64,000 nt of DNA from Gemmatimonadales bacterium. Its GTDB lineage: Bacteria; Gemmatimonadota; Gemmatimonadetes; Gemmatimonadales; GWC2-71-9. Position 1 is the stretch's first letter. Every line of letters begins with the position of its first letter. Where the stretch lies: the NCBI GenBank assembly GCA_041577295.1, contig JBFGJG010000003.1, positions 32,001 through 96,000 of the forward strand, in the 5' to 3' direction. Below, in pieces: positions 1 to 9,327 of this stretch. The position numbers were made by a program, and so were the translations under genes. The notes beneath the pieces were generated by a model that made no database searches, was not told where the DNA came from, and was given only the letters and a program-made list of their open reading frames with translations.

Positions 1-656
1 AGCCTGCGCGGCAGGCGGCTGCTCCGGGCCTGGCTTCTGGAGTGGCTGCCGAAGTGGCCAACGCCGCCGAGGCGAAGACATCCGCCGACGTGCCAACGGA
101 CATCAGCGTGGCTCGCGCCGAGAGCACGCCACTGGCAACGCCAACCGAGGGATTTCGGGGTCGGCTAGCCGCGGCTGGTGATTCGGCAGCCGAGGCGGAC
201 ACAGCTGTGCAAACCGTGACCGTGCGGGCCCGTACTGCTGAGGTCACTGCCCTTGCCGAGGCTCCGCCAAGACCTGCGCAAGCGGCGGCGTTGGAGGACA
301 CCCGCCGCGCTGATGCTCAGCCCACCGACTGGGTGGACGCCGGTGAAGCAGAAGCTGCCGAGGCACTAGGCGGGCGCGTGGCCCGTGTATCCGCGCTTTC
401 TGTTATTGGCTACGCGACGCGGCAGAACGAGGGGCGCTCGGAGGTGCGGGTGCGACAACGGACGCCGGACGGCGTGGATCTTGAGCTAGTCCAGTGGCGG
501 GCCGGTGACGGCGATCTCAGCTCCGAGCTCGAACGGCGCGAGATCGGCGATGACTCGCTGGCAGTGGTCACGGTGCGGCGCGGGGAGTTTGCGATCTTGG
601 CCAGAGCCAAGCTCCCGATCGACTCACTCCGCCAGTTGCTCGGGCGAATCCCCTAG
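1..656 (+). CDS. 5'-truncated hypothetical protein (Ala-rich linker plus small C-terminal domain; possibly the C-terminus of an anti-sigma-like protein)
   Basis: The frame of ORF 42..656 is open back to the window edge. The 3' end overlaps the convergent xdhC by 33 nt. The product guess is weak. Confidence 0.5.
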   Translation, partial: PARQAAAPGLASGVAAEVANAAEAKTSADVPTDISVARAESTPLATPTEGFRGRLAAAGDSAAEADTAVQTVTVRARTAEVTALAEAPPRPAQAAALEDTRRADAQPTDWVDAGEAEAAEALGGRVARVSALSVIGYATRQNEGRSEVRVRQRTPDGVDLELVQWRAGDGDLSSELERREIGDDSLAVVTVRRGEFAILARAKLPIDSLRQLLGRIP

Positions 657-1661
657 CCGCCGCGTTCGGATGAGCTCAGCCACCACCGAGATGGCAATCT
701 CGGCTGGTGTATCCGCACCGATCTCGATCCCAATAGGGGAGCGCACGCGCTCCAAGGCCTTCCGAGGCACGCCGGCGGCTTCGAGCGTCCTCCAGATCAC
801 CGCTCGCTTGCGTTTGCTGCCCAACATGCCGACGTAGCCTGCCTGCGTTCCGGCCGAGCGCTCGACGATGTAGGCGTCGTAGCTGTGTCCACGGGTTGTC
901 GCAAGCACGAAATCGTCCTCATCGAAACGGAATCGGTCGAGGACCGTGCGAAAATCCTCCACGAGGATTTCATCGGCCCACGGGACACGATTGGCATTTG
1001 CAAACTCTTCGCGATCGTCTGTGATCACCACGTGGAACCCGCTGCCCTTGGCGACCCGGGCGATCTCCGCTCCTACGTGACCAGCGCCAAAGATGATGAC
1101 GCGTGGCACGCGGCGAAGACGCTCGACCAACGCGCGGGTCTCTTCGTCCAGAAATACGGTCTCGCGGGGGGTGTCGACGGGCGCAGGAGGCTCCGTGTAT
1201 TGCTCACCCACGGCAATGGCCGTCCCACTGACCAGGGCCGTCTTTCGTGGTCCGCTGCCCCAGTCGATGCCGGTCATCACGGTCGTGGGCCGCCGTCGCT
1301 CAATCCCCTCTGCAACGGCGTTGTACAACTCGATCATCTCCCCCGCTAAGGGCTCGAGGAAAAACTCGGCCGTCCCACCACACGAGAGCCCGATGTCGCC
1401 GGCCACATCGGCATTGAGCGTGTGGCGCACGAACGCCGGCTTGCGCTGGCGCGCTGCCTCGAGCGCCTGCGTGGTGACGTCAGCCTCGACACACCCGCCA
1501 CCGACAGTCCCCCAGCGCCGCCCGTCTGCCGTGACCAGCATCTTCGCGTCTGACGCCATGGGAAGCGAGCCGCGCTGGCGAGAAACCGTGGCCAATCCGG
1601 CCACCGCATCGCTTCGCGCCACCTCGGCAGCCGCCCGCCACACCACCACGCGCTCGTTCAT
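624..1661 (-). CDS. xdhC: XdhC/CoxI family molybdenum-cofactor insertion chaperone
   Basis: Motifs GTVGGGCVE, GLSCGG, FGAGHVG, TRGHSYD, YVGMLGSKRK and PIGIEIGADTPAEIAISVVAEL. Confidence 0.92.
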   Translation of the reverse strand: MNERVVVWRAAAEVARSDAVAGLATVSRQRGSLPMASDAKMLVTADGRRWGTVGGGCVEADVTTQALEAARQRKPAFVRHTLNADVAGDIGLSCGGTAEFFLEPLAGEMIELYNAVAEGIERRRPTTVMTGIDWGSGPRKTALVSGTAIAVGEQYTEPPAPVDTPRETVFLDEETRALVERLRRVPRVIIFGAGHVGAEIARVAKGSGFHVVITDDREEFANANRVPWADEILVEDFRTVLDRFRFDEDDFVLATTRGHSYDAYIVERSAGTQAGYVGMLGSKRKRAVIWRTLEAAGVPRKALERVRSPIGIEIGADTPAEIAISVVAELIRTRRLGDSPEQLAE

Positions 1662-1795
1662 GGGCTCAATTCCACGATGCTCGTCGCCCTCGTTGACATG
1701 GAAGAATGTATAGCGAGGGAGTGCTGCGCCGTGCAGTGATGTAATTGGCAGGCGGGAACGGCGGTGTGGAAGGAGTACCCTCTATCCCTTCTAGC

Positions 1796-3049
1796 CTAGT
1801 GATGCCCCTGTTGCGCCTTCGCGGTCAGCCTCGGACTCACCATCGGGAAGGTGCGGGCGAACAACCCGTAGGCAAATAGGAAGAGCCCGAGAAAGCCCAC
1901 GGTCACTCCAACCTCGGTGAGGCCAAAGGTCGGACCGTGCTCCACCAACGAGGGCTGAACCAGAAGGTAGCGTTCCAGCCACACGCCGGCGAAGCTGATC
2001 AACACGAACAGGGTGAACGTTGCAGGGGTGATCTTGGCTTTCACCCAAATAAGACCCCAGAAGGGGATGAAGAAAACCATCAAACCCACGAGGACCGAGA
2101 TCGGCCGCCATTCTCCCCACAAGCGCCAGAACACGAACGATGTCTCGACTTCGAGGTTGCCGTACCAGATGACCAGGAGCTGGCTAAACATCAGGTACGC
2201 CCAAAAAACGGAGAAGCCGAACACGAGCTTACCGAGGTCGTGAAACTGTTGACGGCTGATGAGGTGGTTTGCCCCGAGCCGGCCGCGCCAGTACACCATC
2301 ATCAGGCCGAGCATGGTGAGACCGGTGAGGAACGCCCCCATAAAGAAGAACGCTCCGAACAGTGTGCTGACCCAGTAGGGGGCCAGCGACATGATTAGAT
2401 CAAATCCTATGAGAGTGAATCCCCAAGCGTATGCCAGGCACAAGAGCGGTGCTAACCACGTCAACCGGCGCTCATAGACTGCGAGCTCTTCAGGTGTCCC
2501 CTGGTAGTCACCGACGATCCGATCGTACAGCTGGCGACGCCAACCCGACACATGGTCTCGAAGCTCGGCGACATCAGGTTTTAGGTCATGGTAGACGAAG
2601 ACGAACGTCAGGCCGAAAACGGCCACGAGGGCCACCAGGTCGCGCCAGAATACCCAACCCACGGTGAGCCACTGCCCACGAGCGGGCGTGGGCTCCGCGA
2701 TCCACGGGAAGAGGAAGTGACGGCCGAGAAACAGCACGAGGAAGCACACGAAGGCGACGGGGAGAAACGCCACCGCGGCCTCCGCGAATCGGATGATCGG
2801 CCCGGACCAATCTGCCTTAGCGATCTTCTGGGTGGCGGCAAAGATGACGGCACCCTGGGCGACGCCGGTGAAGAACAGAAAGTTCACCAGGAACATCCGC
2901 CAGGCACGCCCCGGATCGTCGCCCAGCAGGAGCAGGATGAACATCACGAACCCGACGATGGCCAGCAGCCCGCCCCCTACCACCAGCGAGCCAGCTGGCG
3001 CGTTGGCGCCGCGTTGGAAGATCTCGCGATCTGCGGTTGCCGCGGTCAT
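1796..3049 (-). CDS. actF: Alternative complex III membrane subunit ActF
   Basis: Multi-TM protein with DLIMSLAPYWVSTLFG and HDLGKLVFGFSVFWAYLMFSQLLVIWYGNL. Start moved to ATG 3049, which forms an ATGA overlap with the actE stop. Confidence 0.88.
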   Translation of the reverse strand: MTAATADREIFQRGANAPAGSLVVGGGLLAIVGFVMFILLLLGDDPGRAWRMFLVNFLFFTGVAQGAVIFAATQKIAKADWSGPIIRFAEAAVAFLPVAFVCFLVLFLGRHFLFPWIAEPTPARGQWLTVGWVFWRDLVALVAVFGLTFVFVYHDLKPDVAELRDHVSGWRRQLYDRIVGDYQGTPEELAVYERRLTWLAPLLCLAYAWGFTLIGFDLIMSLAPYWVSTLFGAFFFMGAFLTGLTMLGLMMVYWRGRLGANHLISRQQFHDLGKLVFGFSVFWAYLMFSQLLVIWYGNLEVETSFVFWRLWGEWRPISVLVGLMVFFIPFWGLIWVKAKITPATFTLFVLISFAGVWLERYLLVQPSLVEHGPTFGLTEVGVTVGFLGLFLFAYGLFARTFPMVSPRLTAKAQQGHH

Positions 3050-3597
3050 CGGGCCGCCCCCTGCAGCTGCCGAACGTAGTTCACCACATGCCACCGGTCG
3101 CCACCCCGAATGCCGTCACCGTAGCCAGGCATGATTCCCCGACCGTGGCGGACGATCGCGTAGAGATACCCATCGGTAAATCCTCGAGCTCTTGGCGTCA
3201 GCAGGCTCGGTGCAACCATCAGTTTGGCATTCACCGGTCCGTCCCCTGCACCGCCTGCCCCATGACACGGCACGCAATAGATGTCGTAGTATTTGCGCCC
3301 GGTCTCGAGCGACTCCGCGGTCCGCTGCATAGGGTTCCCGAGGCGATCGATCGCGGCCTGATTCTGGGGCGTGATCAGCAGTACCGGCTCTGCTCCCTCC
3401 ACAGGTACGGTCCCCTCCACTGGTGGCAGCGGCATCTTGTACGGTTGGATGGCCAATCCCTTATGCATGACCGCGAACCACGGGATGAGCGCGATCGCGT
3501 CGTCCGGACCGGGGAAGCGTTGCCACTGGTCCCTGGTGCAGCCGGCGACGAGGGCGATCGCGCTCGCCAGCACAATGACTCGGGAGCTAGGTCTCAA
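3046..3597 (-). CDS. actE: ACIII monoheme cytochrome c lipoprotein ActE
   Basis: Lipobox LVAGC, one CVPCH heme motif, distal GRGIMPGY Met motif, operon position. Confidence 0.88.
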   Translation of the reverse strand: MRPSSRVIVLASAIALVAGCTRDQWQRFPGPDDAIALIPWFAVMHKGLAIQPYKMPLPPVEGTVPVEGAEPVLLITPQNQAAIDRLGNPMQRTAESLETGRKYYDIYCVPCHGAGGAGDGPVNAKLMVAPSLLTPRARGFTDGYLYAIVRHGRGIMPGYGDGIRGGDRWHVVNYVRQLQGAAR

Positions 3598-4093
3598 CCC
3601 GCACCTCCTCTGCCCCGGCCGTTCGTAGCAGCTCTTCCACCGCCGGCCGGCGCTCCACCGGACACGGCACGAAGATCCCGACGTGATCGTTGCTGAAGCG
3701 GGGATCGAACGCCGCTTTCCGGCGGCTCAGCACACTGTGAACCAGCATGCCGGTCAGCGTCGCGAGTGCGCCAAGGAGAATGGTCAGCTCGAATGCGATG
3801 ACCACGTACGGAATCACTGAGCCGATGGGCTTGCCACCCACGATGATGGGGTAGTCGTATGACATCCACAGCGTCATGGCGAACCCGCTGATGCAGCCCG
3901 TCAGCCCACCAATGAGCGTCCACATGCGCACCGGACTCACCTTGTGGCCGATCGCGTCGTTCAGTTCGTGGTTTGGAGCGGGCATGTACACGGTAAAATC
4001 ACTGTATCCCATCTCCTTGAGTGACCGGATCGCGCGCGTCGCGGTGTCAACGTGCTGGAAGGCGGCGAGCAGACCACCAGGATGCGCGTTCAC
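3587..4093 (-). CDS. actD: ACIII subunit ActD (DUF3341)
   Basis: Two TM helices; YPIIVGGKP, FELTILLG and FDPRFSND motifs; lies between actC and actE. Confidence 0.9.
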   Translation of the reverse strand: MNAHPGGLLAAFQHVDTATRAIRSLKEMGYSDFTVYMPAPNHELNDAIGHKVSPVRMWTLIGGLTGCISGFAMTLWMSYDYPIIVGGKPIGSVIPYVVIAFELTILLGALATLTGMLVHSVLSRRKAAFDPRFSNDHVGIFVPCPVERRPAVEELLRTAGAEEVRVET

Positions 4094-5439
4094 GTGTGCG
4101 CCTCCTTGCGGGGCATCGGGATGACTTCCTTCACCTCACTGATCGACACGGTCGGGAAGTTTTTCGCGAACAGCAGGAACCACATGAAGAACCAGGCGAA
4201 GCTCCCCGCGAGGATCGCCCACTCCACCCACGAGGGCGTGTAGTGTCCCATCGCAAACGGTTCGTATTCAAACGATAGCGAAACGACGATGATCACGAAC
4301 CGCTCGAACCACATGCCCAGATTGATGAAGAGGGAGAGCAGGAACAGCGCCGGGATGTTTCGCCGGATCTTGGGGAAGAACAGCAGAATCGGTAACATCC
4401 CGTTGCAGATCAGCATCGTCCAACTCGCCCACCAGTACTCCCCGAATGCGCGATTGTAGAACGACGCCCGCTCGAACGGGCTCCCGCTGTACCACGCGAT
4501 GAAGAACTCGATTACGTACGCGTACCCCACGATCAGCCCTGTCAGCAGGATCAGCTTCGCGAGGTTGTCGAAGTGCTCGACCGTGATGTATCGCTCGACG
4601 CGGAAGATCTTGCGCAGTGGGACCAGCAACGTGATCACCATTGCCAAACCGGAGTAGATCGCTCCCGCCACGAAGTACGGTGCAAAGATGGTGGTATGCC
4701 ATCCGGGAACAATGGACATCGCAAAGTCCCACGACACGACGCTGTGCACCGAAAGGACGAGCGGCGTTGCCAGCGCGGCGAGGTAGAGGTACCCACGCAG
4801 ATAGTGACGCCACTGCTGATCGGTCCCTCGCCAGCCGAGCGCCGTAATCTGATACAGTTTCTTGCGCCACCCCGTGGCGATGTCTCGCACTGAAGCAACA
4901 TCTGGTATCAGTCCGACAATGAGGAAGGTCGTGCTGACGATCAGATAGGTCGTGACTGCAAACACGTCCCACAGCAGCGGCGATTTGAAATTCACCCACA
5001 GCTGTCGCTGATTCGGATACGGAATGAGCCAGTATGCGTACCAGATACGTCCGACGTGGATCAACGGGAAGAGACCGGCCGTCATGACCGCGAACACCGT
5101 CATCGCTTCCGCTGTGCGATACACGGCGGTGCGCCAAGCCGACCGGAAGAGATAAAGGATGGCGGATATCAGCGTCCCACAGTGCGCGATACCGACCCAG
5201 AACACGAATGTCGTGATGTATACGCCCCACATGACCGGTGGCGTATAGCCGGCCACACCCATCCCGTAGCGCACCTGATACAACAATGCCCCAATCCCGA
5301 TGAAGAGCACGACCACAACGAACGCCAGGAGCACGTAGTACATCCGGCTCGGGTTGCCGAGCGTCGCGGCGATATCGCGGGTGACATCGTTGTAGGTCGG
5401 TCGTGCAGCGGGGCGGTCGGGCTGTGCGATCGTGGCCAT
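4090..5439 (-). CDS. actC: ACIII NrfD/PsrC-family quinol-oxidising subunit ActC
   Basis: WGVYITTFVFWVGIAHCGTLISA, NFKSPLLWDVFAV, VLSVHSVVSWDFA and PGWHTTIF motifs. Confidence 0.93.
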   Translation of the reverse strand: MATIAQPDRPAARPTYNDVTRDIAATLGNPSRMYYVLLAFVVVVLFIGIGALLYQVRYGMGVAGYTPPVMWGVYITTFVFWVGIAHCGTLISAILYLFRSAWRTAVYRTAEAMTVFAVMTAGLFPLIHVGRIWYAYWLIPYPNQRQLWVNFKSPLLWDVFAVTTYLIVSTTFLIVGLIPDVASVRDIATGWRKKLYQITALGWRGTDQQWRHYLRGYLYLAALATPLVLSVHSVVSWDFAMSIVPGWHTTIFAPYFVAGAIYSGLAMVITLLVPLRKIFRVERYITVEHFDNLAKLILLTGLIVGYAYVIEFFIAWYSGSPFERASFYNRAFGEYWWASWTMLICNGMLPILLFFPKIRRNIPALFLLSLFINLGMWFERFVIIVVSLSFEYEPFAMGHYTPSWVEWAILAGSFAWFFMWFLLFAKNFPTVSISEVKEVIPMPRKEAHT

Positions 5440-5443
5440 GCGA

Positions 5444-8400
5444 TTACGCCTCGGCGACGTTGCGTACCTTCTTCAGGTACGTCACCGCAGGCCGAGTGTT
5501 GAGGTCCTCCAGGACGTGGTAGCCCCGCGCATCCCCTGCCCAGGTCGACACACGCGCGTTTGCATCTTTTCCATTGCCAAACACGATGGCGTCGGCCGGA
5601 CAAGTCTGTTGGCAGGCAGTCTGAATCTGGCCGTCACCGATCACTCGACCTGAGAGCTTTGCCTGGTGCTGCGCATCTCTGATGCGCTGCACGCAAAACG
5701 TGCACTTCTCCATGACACCCTTGGCACGAACCGTCACGTCCGGATTCAGCTGCCAATTGAGCGGTTCGGGGAAGGAGAACGCCGGGTCCGCCTCGTTTTG
5801 GTGGTCGAACCAGTTGAAGTAGCGGACCTTGTAGGGACAGTTGTTGGAACAGTATCGCGTGCCGACGCACCGGTTGTACACCTGCCCGTTCAACCCGTCG
5901 TGCGTGTGATAGGCGGCGTAAACCGGACAGACGGGCTCACACGGCGCGTTACCACAATGCTGGCAGAGCATCGGGAGGAAGCGCGCTTCAAACGGCTCGT
6001 CACCCTCCCCGCCTTCGAAGTATCGCTCGATGCGGATCCACGACATCTCGCGGCCACGCCGGATCAAGTCGGGTCCGACGGTCGGGATGTTGTTTTCGGC
6101 ATGACACGCCGTCACACAGGCCCCGCACCCCGTACAGCGCGATAGATCGATGGCCATCGCCCATCGGGGATGTTCACCACGTGGAGTACCGGTGTACGGG
6201 AGGACATAGTTGCCACGCTGTTGCTCCCGATATTGCGCCTCCTGCCACTCGTCGAGCACATGCTCGATGTGCTCCGGCACAGGAGCCGCATGGGCCGCAT
6301 GCTCTTCGTGGTGGTCTTCGGGATGTGCCAGGGCTTCGACGGTCGTCGCCTGCGCGACGTTGCGCCCCATCTGGCGTCGGGAGCCCTCTGTTTTGGGGAG
6401 GCGCTCGTGGCGACCGGTATTGCGTAACGTCACGGAGGTGTAGTGGCTCGCCCCGCCGAACGGTGTCGCGTCTGCGTCGAGCAGGGCATACGGATTTGCA
6501 CCCCGACCTTCCGCGTACCGTCCGTACGCGGTGTGCCCTTGTCCCAGTGGCATCGCCACGACGTCCCGGCGGAGTCCGGGATATAGGTATGCAGGCGCCG
6601 TGACGGATCCCGCGGCCGAGGTCACCTCTACGTGGTCACCTTCGGCAATGCCGAGCTCGGCTGCCGTGTCGGGATGGATCTCTACCCAGCTGCTCCACGT
6701 AATCGTCGTGACCGGATCCGGGAGCTCTTGGAGCCACGGGCGGTTGGCGCCGCGCCCGTCGAAGAACGCCGGCGATGGGTACGCCACCAGCGCGAACTGG
6801 CCGTCCGCTTGCGCCCAGGTCGCGGGCGCCATGGCAGCTGCCGTAGGTGCCAAACGGACTTGAGGCTCCCGCCCGCCGTCGGACGTGACGCCGCCGCGTT
6901 GTAGGGCTTGCATCCAGAAGGTCTCGAACGGTTGGCGATCACCGAGACGACGTTGGAGGACTTGCCATTGCTGCTGCAAGTAGTCGCGATAGGTGGGCGC
7001 CGCGAGCCGCGTGGCCGCCTGGCCACCGGCTTGCTGCGCGAGCTGGAGCAAGACATCTCCCGTCTGACGGGTGTCGAACACGGGCCGCATCACCGGTTGG
7101 AGCAACGAATACACGCCGTCGCGCGGCTCGTAGTCGTTCCACTGTTCGAGTGGATCGTGATCCGGAAGGATCAGATCGGCGCGCATCGCGGTCTCGTCCA
7201 TGAACCGCGCGAAGCTCACCGTGAAGTCGACCGAGCCCATCGCGTCGGCAAACCCCAGCGCAGCTGGCGTGGCGTAGGCCGGATTCGCTCCGTGCACGAA
7301 CAACACCCCAACGTTGCCGGCCCGCATGGCCTCTACCAGCTGTCGCGTCGACCGATAGGTCGACCCGCCGGTCACGTTGAGCGACGCGCCAAAGGAAACC
7401 GTGCGGCCGACGTTACCGGCCACGTAGTTCAGAATGTTGACCGCGGCCGCCGTCACGTGCGCTTCGCGATGCTGAGCCCCCATGCCCCCGGCAACCGCCA
7501 CGCTCGATTCCGCCGCAAACTCTCGAGCCACTCGCTCGATCGTCTCCGCTTCCACACCGGTACGTTCTGCCACCGCCGTCGGCGTGTGTCCATCGAGCAG
7601 CGGCGCTAGCCGTCGAATGTCCGGTGGCACCACGGCCAGACCGTCTCGGACAATCACGTGTGCCACCGCGAGGGCCATGAGGGCCTCGGTACCGGGCGCC
7701 GGCGCGATCCACTCGTCCGCGCTGATCCCCGTCATGCTCATCCGTGGCTCCACGTGCACGTATCGTCCCATCCGTCCACTACGGAAGGCGTGGCCGGTCG
7801 TGAAGCCAACGGCGTGCTCGACCGGACTCAGCCACGTCTCGAGGAAGTCCGTTCCAAAGGACAGGATGTAGCGGGCGGCGGCGAAGTCGATGCGCGGAAT
7901 GGCGTCGATACCAAACACCTCACGATTCGCTGCGCGAAGCGCCTCGTAACCAAAAGGCTCGAACACGACCTGCCGGTTCGAGCGAAATGCCGAGAGCCAC
8001 TCAGTAATCAGGCGGCCAAAGCTGCCGGACTCGTTACCGCTCACAAACCACAACCGATCACCGGTTACCTGGCCCAGCTGCTCCACCACGCGGCTGAGAG
8101 CGTCTTCCCAGGTGATCGGCGCGAACTGGCCGTCCGCCCCGCGCGCCATTGGCGCTCGCACCCGGTCGGGGTTGTACAACCCCTGGAGCGACGCTTGCCC
8201 TCGAGCGCATAGTCGCCCTCGGTTCACGGGATGATCGGGATTCCCCTCAACCTTGACGGCGCGGCCCTCCCGAACGCGGACGTGCACCCCACACCCGGCG
8301 GGACACTCCCGACAGGTCGAGGAATACCACGTCGCGACACCCGGGATCTGATCTTCCGGCGGGACCAGGTAGGGAATGAGCTTTTCGACCTGGTCGGACC

Positions 8401-8482
8401 CACAGCCGGACAGCGCAGCAGTCCCGCCACTCGTGACGCCGAGGACCTTCAGGAATCGCCGCCGATTCATTCCACTGGGCAT
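5444..8482 (-). CDS. actB: ACIII subunit ActB (molybdopterin-oxidoreductase-like B1 fused to polyferredoxin B2), Tat lipoprotein
   Basis: Tat motif NRRRFLK with lipobox LSGC; EGNPDHP and LYNPDR; C-terminal CTGCGACVTAC, CQHCGNAPCEPVC, CVGTRYCSNNC and CTFC...CQQTC. Confidence 0.92.
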   Translation of the reverse strand: MPSGMNRRRFLKVLGVTSGGTAALSGCGSDQVEKLIPYLVPPEDQIPGVATWYSSTCRECPAGCGVHVRVREGRAVKVEGNPDHPVNRGRLCARGQASLQGLYNPDRVRAPMARGADGQFAPITWEDALSRVVEQLGQVTGDRLWFVSGNESGSFGRLITEWLSAFRSNRQVVFEPFGYEALRAANREVFGIDAIPRIDFAAARYILSFGTDFLETWLSPVEHAVGFTTGHAFRSGRMGRYVHVEPRMSMTGISADEWIAPAPGTEALMALAVAHVIVRDGLAVVPPDIRRLAPLLDGHTPTAVAERTGVEAETIERVAREFAAESSVAVAGGMGAQHREAHVTAAAVNILNYVAGNVGRTVSFGASLNVTGGSTYRSTRQLVEAMRAGNVGVLFVHGANPAYATPAALGFADAMGSVDFTVSFARFMDETAMRADLILPDHDPLEQWNDYEPRDGVYSLLQPVMRPVFDTRQTGDVLLQLAQQAGGQAATRLAAPTYRDYLQQQWQVLQRRLGDRQPFETFWMQALQRGGVTSDGGREPQVRLAPTAAAMAPATWAQADGQFALVAYPSPAFFDGRGANRPWLQELPDPVTTITWSSWVEIHPDTAAELGIAEGDHVEVTSAAGSVTAPAYLYPGLRRDVVAMPLGQGHTAYGRYAEGRGANPYALLDADATPFGGASHYTSVTLRNTGRHERLPKTEGSRRQMGRNVAQATTVEALAHPEDHHEEHAAHAAPVPEHIEHVLDEWQEAQYREQQRGNYVLPYTGTPRGEHPRWAMAIDLSRCTGCGACVTACHAENNIPTVGPDLIRRGREMSWIRIERYFEGGEGDEPFEARFLPMLCQHCGNAPCEPVCPVYAAYHTHDGLNGQVYNRCVGTRYCSNNCPYKVRYFNWFDHQNEADPAFSFPEPLNWQLNPDVTVRAKGVMEKCTFCVQRIRDAQHQAKLSGRVIGDGQIQTACQQTCPADAIVFGNGKDANARVSTWAGDARGYHVLEDLNTRPAVTYLKKVRNVAEA

Positions 8483-8514
8483 CGCCTAGGTCACCTCACT
8501 CCATCGACGCGCCA

Positions 8515-9087
8515 TCAGTAATGGCACGCCGTACAATCGGTCGTGACTTGCCGCGCTTCGTGACAATCGAGGCACCATCCCATCTTGAGAGACGCGTACT
8601 GATACACCTGCGGCATCCGCTCCACCTGTCCATGACACTCGGCGCATTCCAGTCCGGCCAACACGTGTCGGTGATGTGGAAAGTGGACGAATTGTGAGAG
8701 GGCATGCACCTCGACCCACTCCACCGGTTGGTTCTCGTTGAAATACTCGCGCAGCCGCTCAACCTCAGGATTACCGCTGCCGACGATCAGGTGACATCCG
8801 CGACACGACGACATCGCGGGAATGCCCGGCTTGGGACTCACCTCGAGAGTGACGTGGCAATACTGGCAATCCATCTGGTACTGCCCTGCATGTATATCGT
8901 GTCTGAAAAAGATCGGCTGGCGAGGGCCTGGAAGACCGGTCGTGTCGACATCGACCGGCGCCTGGTAGGACGCTACCGGGCCACTCGGTGCCTGGGGGTC
9001 TTGGGCCCGCCCTAACGGGACGAGCGCGGCCGCCGCGATCGCGACGAACACGAGGGCCAACCCTCCCAGGACGAGTCTCTTTCTCAT
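8515..9087 (-). CDS. actA: ACIII pentaheme cytochrome c ActA
   Basis: N-terminal TM and five CxxCH motifs (CQYCH, CRGCH, CAECH, CLDCH, CTACH). Start set at MRKRLV, ATG 9087. Confidence 0.92.
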   Translation of the reverse strand: MRKRLVLGGLALVFVAIAAAALVPLGRAQDPQAPSGPVASYQAPVDVDTTGLPGPRQPIFFRHDIHAGQYQMDCQYCHVTLEVSPKPGIPAMSSCRGCHLIVGSGNPEVERLREYFNENQPVEWVEVHALSQFVHFPHHRHVLAGLECAECHGQVERMPQVYQYASLKMGWCLDCHEARQVTTDCTACHY

Positions 9088-9327
9088 ACCGGACCTTTGC
9101 CGGGTCAGAAGACGTTCCTTCGGCCTGCGGCAATCGCCCACGGCGAGCCGCCGAGAGTTCTGCTTGACCTGCTGTGAATCGGCCGCAAAGAGGTGTCAAA
9201 ACAAATGAATGCGAGGTGCGGCCGCAGGTAAAATACTCGATGGCGCTAAGAGCACAACCAGCGCAAAACCCCGGCTCGGCGCGGGCGCGTAGGCGTGGAT
9301 TGCGGGTGTGGGGAGGAGGGAGGCGTG

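Noticed and set aside
9171..9199. TTGACA (minus strand, 9199-9194) as the act operon promoter
   Set aside because: No credible -10 element at 16-18 nt spacing.
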